Numbered from the whole stretch's first letter, positions 35,976 through 49,752 are shown. The stretch is 63,922 nt of DNA, filler included, from Tricharina praecox (GCF_024521635.1; 4 parts of 4 records of this genome joined end to end with filler, not necessarily neighbours in it); one strand, 5' to 3'. The notes: generated by a model not told the origin, from the sequence alone. A program made the numbers and translations.

Positions 35976-36583
35976 CTAAAGAACAGTATTAGGGCCCGTT
36001 TGGATGGCCTCAGTTTTCAGTTCCAGTTTTAGAGCGAAATTCAGTTCCCCGCCGGGACATCGAATACTGCCCAGTTTCAGTTTCCGGAGAACTGTGAGGT
36101 GAACAGAGTGTTGGGCAGTTCTCAGATTACTCAGCCATAAGTCTAAATAATAGGCTTCACCACAACTTTAATAGTGGACACATTGTGGCCCCGCTTTTTT
36201 GTCTTCCCCGTAAACCGTAAAGGGAGTTGAAGTTAAAATGCGATACTGAGTGGCGGTAAAGAAATGAATAAATTCCATTCTATTAGAGTCCACGGAGATC
36301 TACAAATCTAGCAGTGTAACGGCAGCGCAGTCTCTCCGCAGTATCGTCGCTAAAGCTCCTCCACGGCTCTGCTCCAAAATATTAGGGCTGGGCAGTCGCT
36401 TCGCTCCAAAATCCGACGGTCGGAAACTTAGGGTTGAGCCACGGAAATCGCCACACCACTGCCCTTTATAGGAATAGATACGGGTTAACCCTATCGACCC
36501 CGGGTAATACATCCACTGCCCTCCCTCCCATCTACTTCAACCCCCCCACGCCTTCCCCCCCCACCACGACCAACACGACAACC

Positions 36584-37474
36584 ATGGCGACCAACCCGGC
36601 CATGGCCCCTCCTCCTCCGACGACCAAGCCCGCGAAGACGACGATGCGGCACGCCGGCGACTACAAGCGGCGGCTCCCGTTCTCTCGTCGCCTGCGGCAC
36701 CACATGCGGAACACCGCGAACCTGACCGGCGAGCTCGTCCCCTTCGTTATGGAGAAAGCGTCCTTCTCCGCTTTGCCCAACGTTGGGCGCACAGGTTTGA
36801 TCGGGGTTCGGCGCACGCTCCCATTCCATGAGTTTATTGACCGCAACTTTAGGGGCATGATGGAAGACGTGCACGGTGCGGGGGCGGCGGCGGAGCGCCG
36901 CGGCCTCGTCATCCGCATCGGCAAAACGCTCGACGCTATCCCCCTCGACAGCTTGGCCGGCGATACTCACACCGTCGAACAGGTCTGGATGACTTTTAAG
37001 GACGTGGATCAGGCGTGCTACATCGTCTACTACGAACAGGGAGGAGGAGATGGCTGGAAGAAATTCTTCAAGATCATGCCAGACGAGGATATGACTGGAA
37101 TGGTTAACACGCCCCGTCAGGCTCGTCGCATCGAGAGACAGGCGCGCATTCAAGTTCAGGCCCGCGCCGCTCGGCGTCAGGCTCTTCAAGCTGAGCTCCA
37201 GGCCCGCGCTGTGCGCCGTCACGCTCGTCAGGTTGCGATCCAGGGCGTCGCTCAGCGTCAGGCTCAAGTTCAGGCTCGTCAGCTTAAGACCCAGGCCCAG
37301 GTTAAAGTTCAACCCCTGGCCCAGGTTAAAGTTCAGACCCAGGTTCCAGTTCCAGTTCAGGCTCGGGTTCATGTTCTGCTCCAAGCCCGCGCCGCTCGGC
37401 GTGAGGCTAAAGTTCAGGCCCGCGCCGCTCGGTGTCAGACCCGGCAGGACTTGAAGGCGTATATACTGCGTTAA
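36584..37474 (+). CDS. Hypothetical protein (about 296 aa) with C-terminal QARAARR-type repeats
   Basis: ACCATGG start context, upstream TTTATA, strong C-ending codon bias, open to TAA at 37474. Confidence 0.65.
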   Translation: MATNPAMAPPPPTTKPAKTTMRHAGDYKRRLPFSRRLRHHMRNTANLTGELVPFVMEKASFSALPNVGRTGLIGVRRTLPFHEFIDRNFRGMMEDVHGAGAAAERRGLVIRIGKTLDAIPLDSLAGDTHTVEQVWMTFKDVDQACYIVYYEQGGGDGWKKFFKIMPDEDMTGMVNTPRQARRIERQARIQVQARAARRQALQAELQARAVRRHARQVAIQGVAQRQAQVQARQLKTQAQVKVQPLAQVKVQTQVPVPVQARVHVLLQARAARREAKVQARAARCQTRQDLKAYILR

Positions 37475-37964
37475 TACAATATACCTAGTCGGCAAGGACA
37501 CAACGACGGATAACCTCTACTGGACTGGACTGGCATGTCGGCTTCTTCGTAGCTTTTTTCTAGAAAAAAAAGGACGAAAAAAGGGTTCACTTTCACTTTC
37601 ACTATTTCTAGTTCGTCTATTTCTGGTTCGTCTGTTTTGCTCTATTTGCTCCGTGATTAGACCGGTTCCCGGTAATATGTAACACCACCCAGTGCACGCA
37701 CCAGCACGCCCTCTAGGCTCCAGGCTCCGAGAACCGGAGACGAAAGTCGGTGGCGGATCGGTACATAGACAATCGCTTATATACACGCAAAAGGTTAACC
37801 AATCCCACCACATCATCCGTAATCCGAGTGCTTTCCATGGTCCACGCGCTGCAGGTAGGTAGCTCAAGTTCATCGAGCAAAGCTCGAACAGGTATTATCA
37901 ATTACGTTTATACCGTCTACATCGTCATCATGACCATCACCATCATCTTCCCATCACCTTCCAA

Positions 37965-40270
37965 TCACCTTCCCCTTCCCCTACCCTTCTCCCTCCCCGC
38001 ATCCACATCCATCGTCCCACCAGCACTCTTCCACACGCCCTCCTCGACCCTAACGGGGACCTTCCCGCCCCTGAGCGCGGTATCGATGATCCACAGGCCA
38101 CACCCACTCCTCCCTGCTGAGCCGTCCCTTCGCGCCTCGATCCACAAGCTGCCACACCTCGGCGAGCACACGGTTCTCGAGGCGACTTCGCTGCCACAGT
38201 TCACGGACGACATAGTTCTCGATATACTTGTACCCCGGAGTTAGATGCGAACAAGCCCTCGTAGCGGCGTCTAGCAGCCGCGGGGATGGTGCGTGCCCAC
38301 GTGTGGTTGAGCACTTCGTTGTGGCGGTGGCGGCGCGGCGGAGGCTTCGGTGGTGGGGGGGTGGGACTACGCGGTGGGCGCAGGGTCCGCGGGAGGGCGG
38401 GGAGGGAGCGGCGCCGTTGCGGTGAAGGTTTGTGCGGCGGGACGGGGGCGGGTGGTTTACGTGGCCCTGGGGGGATGGAGCGCGAGGGCGCAAGGGAGGC
38501 GGCGATTGTGGCGGCAGGGCGGGAAGGGATGGGTGGTGGGATGGTGGGGAGGGAGCGACGACGACGGGGGAGGGGGGCCGGTGGTTTGCGGGTGCTGGTC
38601 GGGAGGAAGGGTTTTTTCTGGGGTGGTGGGGGTGGTCGGAGGACGACGGTTGTTGCGATGGAGGCGCCAGAGGCGGAGGTTTCGGAGGTTGCCCGCGCAA
38701 ACGAAGGCGGGTCAATGATCTTCCGTCGCGGCGGAGGAGTTTGGCCGTCCGACTTGCGTGGAGACGAAATGTGGGCCCTTGCTGCCGCCGTGGGCGCGCT
38801 GGAGCCTGAAGACGCTGAGGCCGTTGATGATGTGCGCGCGGGTAGGGTGGGTCGTAAGTTACTGGTGGAGGGAAGTTTCCGTGGTGGTGGGCGCGCTTTC
38901 CGCGGTAGTGGAGGCATCGGAGCCCCTCCTCCTCCGGTATTCTGCGGCCTCGAAGCGTGAGCTATCGTTGCCGCCGTCAAGGCGCTGGGCCGTCCCGAGT
39001 TGTGCGACACCACCGATTCGGTGTGTCTTACTGGGGAAGCGTCTCCTGTCGCCTTCTTCCTCGTCGGGGGAGGCAGCGGTGATCTTCCGCCCGTCGTTTG
39101 TGGAGACGGGAGTGCCGATGTGGGCCTCGATGATGCATGGGCTACCGTTGCTGCCGCCAGTGCGTCGTTCCGCGCTCCTACACCCGAGATTCCCGAGTCC
39201 AGTGATTCCGTCCGCGCGATCGGCGGCTTCTTTGGCGGCGGAGGCTTGGACTTGATCCGTTCCAAGTCATGCGAAGCGGCCGATTCCGTCCGTGCGATGG
39301 GAGACATGTCCACTTTCTTCTTCTTCGGTGGTAGAGGCGCCGGACTCGACACACCCGCCCCCACCGTGGCTGTCACGGGGGTTGTGCGCGCGGGGTGGGA
39401 TGGTCGCACGTTGGTGGTTGTCGTGGGGGGTTTACGCCGCGGTCCACGAGCCTTCCGTGGTAGTGGAGGCATCGGAGCTCCCCTTGCACCCCCACCGGTA
39501 GTCTGCGGGCTCGAAGCATGGGTCCTCGTTGCCGCCGACTCCCTGGACTCCGTCCTTGCGATTGTAGGTCGGTCCAGATCTACCCTCTTCCACGGCGCCG
39601 GTCCTCCCGCTCCACCGGTAGTCCGCGGACTCGAAGCATGCGCGCGGGACGCCGCCGTTATCGCGCTGGAACTCTCCGAGTTCCTCGAAGCCACCGAGAC
39701 CGAGGACGGTTTGGGCGCAACCGGGGGTTTCGGGCTCATGCTCGGGCTCGGGCTCTGACCAGCACTGGTTGCGACGATTGCGGCAGCCAGGGACGGGCTC
39801 TTTGCGGTAGTCTGCTGTTCGAACATCGATTTGAGAGAGGAGATGTCGTCGAGCGATGAAGAGTCGACTTTTTCCGGACTGCCGGGGCGCTTCCGCGCAT
39901 GACTCGTCGTTGTCGAGGGTGATAGGGGGGTTTCGTCCGCTTCTCCGAATAGCTTCAGGCGCTGCCGCACCGCGAGCGCTTCTCCTTCCCCTGCCATGGC
40001 CGATGAAGAGGAGCCAGAACGAGAGTGTCGCGATGACCTGGTGTTGGAGCGCGATGTCCGCTGTTGTTGGCGTTGGTGTTGTTGTTGCTGTTGTTGTGGT
40101 GGTGGTGGTTGTCTCCTATCCCCCCGTTCGCGTATAGCTGGTGCTGGTGGTGGTGCAGGTGCTGGTTGCTTTTTGGCAAAGCTCAGCACTGCCGCGCGGA
40201 GAGCTGCAGAGTCCGGGGCCGGCGATGCCGTTGCATTTGCGGCTGGCTTTGGGGCCGCCCGCTTGTACAT
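37965..40270 (-). CDS. Pro/Ser-rich protein with C-terminal EH domain (IRS4/TAX4-like); apparent frameshifts near the 3' end
   Basis: RRRYEGLFASN...VVRELWQRSRL...LAEVWQLVDRGAKGRLSREEW...GLWIIDTALRGGKVP. Confidence 0.85.
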
Positions 40271-40303
40271 GTCATTAAAATAGGTATCTAGTGCCGAAGC
40301 CGA

Positions 40304-40403
40304 NNNNNNNNNNNNNNNNNNNNNNNNNNNNNNNNNNNNNNNNNNNNTTAATTAATTAANNNNNNNNNNNNNNNNNNNNNNNNNNNNNNNNNNNNNNNNN
40401 NNN
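40304..40403. other. Artificial contig spacer
   Basis: N44-TTAATTAATTAA-N44. Confidence 0.97.
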
Positions 40404-41549
40404 GCGCCAAACACCAGTACACACGCCTATCGCAAACATGTCAATCTCCGTGGGGGCCGAGTGAAGTTTGAAGGTCGAATACCATTGCAGCTGCCAGAAC
40501 CTAAGCCACCAAAAAAAAAGCGGTTAGCACTCCATGCGTTTGCTGTGGAAGAGGTGGACCAACAAATAACATCTTCTGCCACAGTTCCATGCCATCCCAA
40601 AAGTTCCCCATCGTGTCAAGCTTTCCGCAATGTAGCAGTCGAGCTTTGGAAGGTAGAAATCGGAGTAGTAAATCGAGATTGCCGGAGCGGGAGTAATCGC
40701 TGGAGTGGGTAGCGAGGTTAGTCGTGTTGATAGGGTATGCAAGAGAACCCGCATACCAGTATGTCCCTAACTTCCAGCAGTAGCTTTGTCCTTACGGTGA
40801 AAGTCCACCAGGTGCCCTGAGTCTCTTATGAAAGGAATTCGATAGGGCTGTATATCCGGGCAGCTTCGGCAATCTGATCAAGGTGTGGGGCGAAAAGAAA
40901 GAGAGAAAAAAGATGGCAGCCTAAGATATAAAGCTGCACGATTGATGCCAGGAAGTTGGGTGGGCCGGGGCGGGGAGGAGGAGGCCTTCTATGTAGGTCG
41001 GAAAGCAAGAATAGAGGTGGGCACGCCAGGTGGGAAGCGGGGAGGGACAGACAGCGGATTGGAAGAACGATGGATCTCCGGACGGGCGGTGGGAGAGCAA
41101 TATAGGTATAGGACAGCAATCAATGGGCCAAAGTGGTAGCAGCAAAGGCCGTATGACGAAACGAGACGACCCAGCTATCTCGGGGACAGGGACGCCGGGA
41201 GCCTGGGTCTTGGTAGGTACAGGTTCTGGGATGGATGGACGGGCGGAAGGACGAAGGGGAAGAAAGAAGAGAGGTAGGCGTACAGAGAGTTGATTGATTG
41301 ATTGCTGTCTGTCTCGGGAAGGAGCGGAGTGGCCGAGGGGGGTGGGGAGTGGAGGGGGAGGGGGGGATCTGGCGAGAAGACGAGGGAAGGAGATCGCCAG
41401 GTGCACAGGTTTGTTCCCTTATGCTGTATCTGTAGCACGAGGGTACAGGGAAGAAGAATGCAATAATTGTATGGGGGATCGGGGGATGGACGGAGCTAGA
41501 ACTCGACAAAGGGATGGAGAAGGGAGACGAGGAGAGCGGGCATTCCATT

Positions 41550-41878
<329 letters not shown>

Positions 41879-43388
41879 GGTCTTCTGATTTCATCATCAT
41901 ACAAGAGCTGGAGAGTTCACCGTCAATTTGAGCGAGCATTGGCTGCGATATCACCCTCTCGTCCAACTGAAGCATTGAGCTCCTATATCACCATCTCGTC
42001 CAACCCGAGCGTCGTTATTGCCCATTGCATGTCTGTCGTGTGTTTGTTCTCTGCTTGCACCTAACCAAGTAGGAAAGTAGGTAAATATGGCATATATCCA
42101 GCGGCGAAGCAACTGCAGTGTTTTGATTCCACGACATCCGATTTCACTGGCGTACGGGACGTCAACAGCGATGTGATGTGATGCGATCCGACGAGAAGGC
42201 CCATGAGCTTGAAAAGCCAAGCAACGTGAACAGCGGTGTGATCCGTGTGATCCGATGCGACGGACGAGAAAGAAGGCCCTTGGAAAGCCTAGCAAGAAGT
42301 TTCTGTCTGTATGATAGTTACGTCCCACACTTGAAAGCTTGACGCCGTCGCAAATAGAAGCTCGGCGTCCGCCCCCTCCCCCGTAGCCCATGGCCACAAC
42401 CGTGAGGCTGGGGGGATGGGATGTCTGGGCTCTGGAGTGTTCTTTGTGCGAGGGTTGTTTCTGCTGGCGGGGTGGTGTTTTTTTTCCCCTTCTCTTTTCT
42501 TCTTGCGTCCATCCATCACGTTGTGCCTGAAGTTGGTACCTACTTAGGTAGGGCAAGGCAATACACGCACGCACTCTGCGGCAGCAGCAGCAGCTGCTGG
42601 CTATGGACTGAATACCGACAAAGCTGGCGGGGGTGGGATGGTGGTGGGTGGGCTGGCCATTCACTCAATTCTGCCGGAAGTGGAGTGGGAAGTGGATCGA
42701 GCTCGCTCGCTCGTCGCGACAGGACAGGATGGAGTGGGCGTTTCAGGCGATTTCTTTGGTGGGCCGAGGAGTTAGGATGTTGGAGGTAGATACTCTACTT
42801 CTAGATTATCAGACACGGAGCCGCGAGTTTGACTGAGCAAGCGGCGGGAGATGTCGATAGCTTGCAGCGAGCAGCCCGATATAGCCCACAGCTGCTCCAT
42901 CGGGGCTAGTTTCAGGGCCGGGCTTCGCTTGCGGCGGGGAACAGGCTCCGGAACTACACACGAGCGGAGGGGACGGTGAAAAAGAGAGAACGTCCCGGGT
43001 GTTGATCAGGGGTAACGATATAGTGCAGTGGCCAGAAGCTTATGTGTGGATGGGAAAGTGCGTGGTTGGTTGCGAGAGTCTTGGGCACTCGCTGGGCAGG
43101 TTGTCGGGCACTCGCTGGGCAGGTTGTCGGGCAAATGCCGGCGGCGTGACGACGACGACGAGTCACGACGGTCGATGCGGAAGAATGAAGCTGCATGGAT
43201 GTCGTCAGGGATATTGTGTAGGTACCTATTAGTAAATTATTGGAAGCAGAAGAAGAAGAAATACACCCGTATGTAGGACTCCGCGCGGTACTGGAGGGCC
43301 CATGGTGGCTACGTGCTGCCAAGTATCTACTGGAGGTCCTACATGTGGCCGAGTATATACCAACCATACGGCACTCCATAGTACTCCA

Positions 43389-43465
43389 TGTACCGTTGTG
43401 TAGAGTATACGGCGTGTATACTCTCCGTGTACCGTTGTGTAGAGTATACGGCGTGTATACTCTCC
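43389..43465. repeat. 39-bp tandem duplication containing a palindrome
   Basis: TGTACCGTTGTGTAGAGTATACGGCGTGTATACTCTCC x2. Confidence 0.9.
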
Positions 43466-44844
43466 ATAACCACTGCCGAGACACGTCCGGAAACAGGTCT
43501 TGAAAGAAGCAGAGCCCAGCAGTGAGCGGAGCATCTACATACTCCATCGGAAGTAGAGTAGATTCGTCACCTGAAATAGAGCAAACACCTGGGGAGCCTA
43601 CTTGCACCTAGCCCGCGCTCCCTGCACACAATGTACATGAGTGTGTACCCACCTAGTGTACCAGGAGAAGCCCGCCCTACACTCGCTGTAAAGTACTCTA
43701 CATCATGTATGTAGAGAGCCTCTGCCAGCAAGGACCCAGTCAAACCCTTTGCCGGAGTCCGCAGACGATTCTCGAGGCATCATCCCTCCTGGATTCCTCC
43801 TGGATCTCACTCGTGCTTCACCTAAGCACCTGCTAGTATGATATGATATGTAGATCCACTGTTTGAACTCCTGCGATTCAATCGAGCTATCACACACATC
43901 ATACTAGGCAGTATCATACCTACTCTAGAGTACCGGTACTTGGTTGTCTACCTAGGTGGCCAAACACGATCGGATCCGACTCCGAGACATGGATCTCGAT
44001 TTCCCATGATGCCTACATACACAACTAACAGTCAACTAGGTAAGTTCTAACCCTTCCAGAAATAAACATTCCGAGACAATGGCGTATGATGCATGTAGGT
44101 AAGTAGGTATGTATGCTAGTTACCGGTATCCTAGGTAACTGAGTTTTGGGGTGGGACATGCGGGGCTCTGTCGAGTGTTGAGTTGATGGTTGGTGAACCC
44201 GGCTGTCCAGGAGTCCAGGACTTCCGTCTTCGCATCCGCGCTCATCCGCGCTCACTCGCTCACTCGTCCCGGTGTGTGGGGCGAGGGCGTGGGGGGTGGG
44301 GTGCGGGCGGCCCGGAGCACAAAACACAACACAACACAACACGATAGGTCCAACACAACACGACACAGTACACACACCGCAGCTCAGGTATACGGTATAG
44401 AACCTTTTCCCGATTCCACATCTCTATTGCGTCATCGTCGCCGTCGTCGCCGTCGCTGTCGCCGCATGTAGCGTTACTAGAGATGTATGTATGATATACC
44501 TCACTCCGCCCCCACTGGCATTGGGCAGACCCTCCCCCAAAAACACAAAGTATATATAACGCCACCGGGACCCGACAGGTTACCTACATCTTCTTACCTA
44601 CATACTTCCTACCTAGGTACATACCGACCTACCGTACCTAAGTAGTTACTCGAACCGCGCTCACGATCGCAGCATCGCAACAGTGTTTGCGTCAGGCAAG
44701 TACAGACCAGCGACAGCAATCGGCGGCGACGTTGGTTGTGAGAGCACATGTACCTATCTAGAATCCTAGATGCGGTGCTGTGCTGTGCTGTGGGTTGGAA
44801 AATCATGGAATGCGAATACGAATGCGAATATTTACAGTACTATA

Positions 44845-45072
44845 CATACACACATCCATCGGTCCATACAGACATACACACAACCATACAGACATACATA
44901 CAACCATACAGGCATACATACAACCATACAGACATACATACAACCATACAGACATACATACAACCATACAGACATACATACAACCATACAGACATACATA
45001 CAACCATACAGACATACATACAACCATACACACATCCATCGGTCCATACAGACATACATACAACCATACATA
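44845..45072. repeat. 20-bp minisatellite (CCATACAGACATACATACAA)n
   Basis: About 10 copies with a higher-order CACATCCATCGGT unit occurring twice. Confidence 0.95.
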
Positions 45073-47060
45073 CGCACCAAGTCGATCAATCAGTCAGAGA
45101 AGCGTCGGATATGTACCTTGAAAGAGCACGGGCATAAGACGATTACCGTAGTTACCAGGTATCATACACATAGGTAGGCGCAGACGCGGTGCGCGCATAA
45201 CGTACCTAAGCACATACCGTACCTACAGTTCACCGGACCGGACCAAAGGGCGGAAAAACCTACCCACCTAAGTACCCACGCACCCCCTCAGCCCTAGGAG
45301 GGGTCCACGTTCTCGCGCGTAAGAATCAGCGCAGCATTTACTCATACATAGAATACCTGGTGACGGTGATGGGTGGGCCGGATCCGACCGGCTAGGTACT
45401 ATGTACTCCGGTGTAGGTAGAGTATACGGCGTCTGTTGGCGCCACTTTCGACGGCCGAGTAGATGTAGCCTGTCAATTGTTGCGCTCTGGACTAGGTTGG
45501 CTGGGTTGGGGGAACCCATGTTGAACCATCATCGGAGCAATATACGCCTGGATTCTCTCCGCGGGAGCTTATGGTAGTGAGCGATGGGCAGTGGGCTCGA
45601 GTACCTAGTGTTTGTCCTGTATATATTTGTGTACTTGAATAGTCGCCTTCAATCCGACGGATAAGAATTGATGCAAGAACACTCCATACCTGCCTACCTA
45701 CCTGGTGGGCGATAGAAGACTGGCGTCATAAAGGATCACTCAGCCTTCGATGTTCGATGTTCGACGTTCGGTGGGGGTTAGAAATACCTACCCAGGTACT
45801 ATGGAAGAAGTTTAACAAGTATATTGTGTGGTATTCTCGAGTGAAAGGCTGCAGCTACTGATATTGCATACCAGGCAGTAGTCGCTCACCATTCGGCCCG
45901 ACCGATAATCCACAGGCCGGCCTAACTGCCGGTGCGCACGGATTCGGCATGGTTACGCGGCTACGTCGCTAGTTAGATGCGCGGTTGTGAATTAGTCGTG
46001 CGGGTTGGGTACTGGCATGTATATAGAGTAGCTGAGCAGGACCGAGCACTGTGACCGCACGGCGGCACAGCACAGGAATAAGGTACCGATCGCCGAAAGT
46101 TCCGGGATGAGAATATAGTACCTACCTTGTAGAGCGCACAATTCGAGGGAGTTCACCGAATGACCACGCGGGAGTCGAATCCGTTCCAAGAACGTCATAT
46201 GTAGACTCAGCACTGGGCCGATGATTGTCCCCCTAGCTCCTGAGCGAGATCGGCGCGGTCTTGATCGTTTCACCAGAAGCCGCGCGAAGACGATCAAGAA
46301 GCGACTTGTTGCTACATATTTGCTCTTCTTGATAGCCTCACCTCCGTCTTTCTCTCCGGCGTGCTTCCTCTTCTTATGTACATAGGATGTTCCGATTGGA
46401 CCGGTAAGGGTAAGGGAAGCATGCTGCATGAGTGATAGAGCTGATACTGATGAAAGAGCCCAACACGTTCCGGGGATGAATGTGAATGCAATATTAGTTC
46501 CATTGGTAGTTGGATGATCGGAGTACACAGAAGCTCTGGTGGGCGGGACTTGGATTGCTTGCTCGGGTGAGCTGTATTGTATCAAGAAGAATATCGGCAA
46601 ATGTTAGGTATTGAATGCCACAGCTATCACTCGGCACTTCTCGGCCGTCTGCCCAGTAAATTGTCTGACCGATAGTTGCTAGAAAAATTCTTGGGCTGTG
46701 CGTCAAAGCATCTTATGCAGCACTGTCTGCTGTAGGTATTGCGCCCTTCGACGATAGCTTTGTGCACGTACGATCACTCGGTTTATCCGATCTCGACGCC
46801 GTTGCTCAGTTTTGGCCGCAGAATCTGCGCCATGCATGAATCGATACCACGGCGAGCACTTGATCCTCTGATCATGCCATCTCACACTAAAGAAACGAGC
46901 CTCAACGGTTGATATAGCAAGCAGCAAACCGCCCAGACGATCTATAATCCCCATCCACTGCCCAGCTTCAAATGGTTTTATAAGAGTAAAGTAGAGTACA
47001 TCCAGAACAGAACTCGCTCCCCCACTCTTTTAATACGGCACATTCTCGAAGCTGCTTCGT

Positions 47061-48474
47061 CTACGACTTCGCCCGTCTCTTTCCTTGGTTGCGTACCCGC
47101 GGCACCACTACCCACTTGTTTGGCTTGCCGACCGATCCTGTCACAGGGTTAGAGCTGTTACGGAATGGAGTGGGGGAAAATGTGGATGATGATGATGATG
47201 AGGATGGTGGTGGCTGGAAATGTCGAGGGAGGACTCACTTGTCTTGTAACCGGACTTGGTCTGTAATCTGATGGTTAGACACATTCTTTACGTGCGTGCC
47301 ATGTGGCGGCTGCGAGATCGCCGCCGCCGGCAAATCGAACGGGATGGTGTTACGTACCGGAATACCCCACGGACTGACAGGGTGGCGGTTACCCTTACTC
47401 TTACCACGACCTCCTCCGTGAGGATGGTCGGAAGCGTTCATGGCCAGACCACGGACAGTGGGCCGGATGTTCAACCAACGGCTTCTACCGGCCTTACCCA
47501 ACTGCCTGTGCTGCCATGTGGGATTGCTGACGACCCCGACGGTCGCGGCCGCATCCTTCTTCACCCGTCGTACCTCACCACTCTGTAGCCGGATAACCAC
47601 ACAGTCCGTCTTCTCGTCGCGGGCGATGACGGTAGCATAGGTACCCGCGGAGCGACAGAACACGGCATGGCCCTTGGACCCCGAGCCCACCGCGTGGATG
47701 AGCGTTCCGATCGGGATCATGTGCAGGGGCAGGCAGTTTCCTCTCCAGGCGGTCTTCGCGGCGAGCATACCGGGATCGACGACACCGCCCATGCTCGCGA
47801 GGAGATCGTTCGGAATGCCGGATCTGTAGGACTGGACGACATCACCAGCGCGCAGTCCATCAGCCGCGAGGATATAGCTCTTCTTCTGGGTGGCCTCGTT
47901 AGTGACGAGCGCGATGTGGCCGCTGCGCCCCGGGTCCCGCTCAATGCGGTCGACTCGGTGCGGGCCCGGCTCGACTCGGAAGAAGTCGACGGTGCGGATC
48001 CGCCGCTTGTGGCCTCCTCCGTGGTGTCGCACGGTGATGCGGCCAGTGTGATTACGCCCTCCCTTGCCGTGCCCCTTCTTGGCGATCGTGAGCGCCTTGA
48101 ATGGCCCGCCCTTCCATAGGTGCTCGTTGATCGTGCGCACCAAATGTCGGACTCCGGGAGTGCGCGGCTTGTAGCGTTTCCTGGCAGGATGCGTCAGCCA
48201 TCCATTGAACAAGTCCCATGCCTCACGCCCCCCATCGGTCCTCTCTCTCCCCCAATCCGCCCATCTGGCGTGCTCACATGGCAAAACCCCGCTCCTCACG
48301 GGCTGGCGGAGGAGTGAACGACGACGCCACCATGGCCGGCAACTCCATCGGAGCGGCGGAGCTGGAGACAGTTTCGGTAGCTAGGAATCTCGATGGTTGT
48401 GCGCGAAGGATCGACGGGGTGGCGCCGATGGGTGGCCGCGCGAAGAGCCTCGATAGAGGCCGTGCTAACATCAT
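47061..48474 (-). CDS. RML2: Mitochondrial ribosomal protein uL2m; 3 introns
   Basis: Basic presequence; [67 protein letters not shown]. Confidence 0.97.
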
Positions 48475-48737
48475 GGCGACTGCTGCTGCTACGGGCGTCG
48501 AAGACGGGGAAGCTGGAATCAGAGCTGTACAATACGTTCGGAGGGAAAACCCGCAGGCACGAGCCGCCCACCACGATTTTAATTGGAGGCGTGATTACCC
48601 GGTTGTCACTACGGCGGCGGCGGCGGGACAACCAACTGCGGGTCGGAATTTAGTTAGTGGGGCAATAACGAAGTGCCTAGCACAACGCCAAAATCACAGA
48701 AGGAACCCAACCCAACGACTTCAGAGCGTCGAGCGAG

Positions 48738-49752
48738 ATGCTATGTGGTTCAAGAAGTACAGTCAGGAAGCACACAAACATGCATGTAACTCACCCCACG
48801 CCCTCTCCCTCCCTCTCCCTCCCTCCTCCATCCCCGCTGACATCATTCCCCAGGCCGTGCACTCTACAAAGCGCTGCTCACGCACAGCGTGCACCTACCC
48901 ATAGAGCCACAACTAAGACGCAGCGCGACATCGCAAATCCGGCGGCAATTCCGCAAATCGCGGGCGTTACAAGGGCGTCCACAACGCAAAGCACTCGAGG
49001 CGGGGTACGAATACGAGTCACTTCTGCGGCGGGCATGCCAATCTGACGGCTCAGCGCTGACCTCGGTGACCACCGCGCTGGCCGCCCTCCTCGCCTCGCG
49101 CAAGGCGCGGGTCTTGGCTACGACCCGCCCTCCCTGGCCTGTACACACACCGCCGCAGCCGCCGAACCAGCTCACGCCGACGCGCAAGAAGAAGATGCTA
49201 GCGCTGACGCTGACGCCGCGCGAGAAGGCGGTGCGGTCGGCGGTGGTGCGGGCGCGCCCGCCGCGCATGGGATGTACCAATGGCCTGCCCGTGCTGAAGC
49301 GCCCCGGGAGGAAGATCCCCATGTGGGTGTCTAGCATCATCAACCAGAAGGTCAAGAGGAAGGTCCGGCATTGGGATGTCATGGCGCATGTCCGCGACAA
49401 TGTCATGTACTACGCCGAGATGGAGGATATGTGGGATGAGCAGTTGGCGCGCGCGGGTCTGGTGCGCTGGATACCCGGCGATGATGCCACTTGGATGGAT
49501 GGCGCGGAGCTGTATCGGGTCACCCATCAGGATTGGATGCATGCTTCCGAGAGGAGGTCGTATGCCATCACCGAGCGGTTCCAGTCGGTTATCGATACCG
49601 AGACGATACAGTACCACGAGAAACTGCGGACTGGACGGGTAAAGAGGAGGAACGAGAAGAAGAACCAGATCGCCAGGCAGATGGAGCAGCGACTCAAGGG
49701 GCTCGAGCAGGAGTGGAAGAGCATGAAGGACATGCATGGTATTGATACTTGA
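48738..49752 (+). CDS. Probable mitochondrial LYR-motif family protein; intron about 48786-48853
   Basis: Spliced N-terminus HKHACRALYKALL...IRRQFRK resembles a LYR motif; basic protein; long ORF 48889-49752. Confidence 0.65.

Noticed and set aside
36491..37501. 336-aa antisense ORF, and similar shadow ORFs opposite gag/pol and GC-rich genes
   Set aside because: Expected shadows of codon-biased, GC-rich sense genes.
21998..40270. Frameshifts in the bZIP, acetyl-CoA transporter, antiporter, OST1 and EH genes read as a pseudogene cluster
   Set aside because: The lesions are mainly scattered 1-nt indels while protein motifs stay conserved, including in the normally essential OST1; this fits sequencing error.
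44748..45177. His/Thr/Tyr-rich and Cys/Met-rich ORFs, or a CRISPR-like array
   Set aside because: A simple 20-bp tandem repeat with no unique spacers, in a eukaryotic context.
46494..46954. bHLH-like basic motif TEQRRRDRIN in a short minus-strand ORF
   Set aside because: No helix-loop-helix continuation and no convincing exon structure; could be chance.
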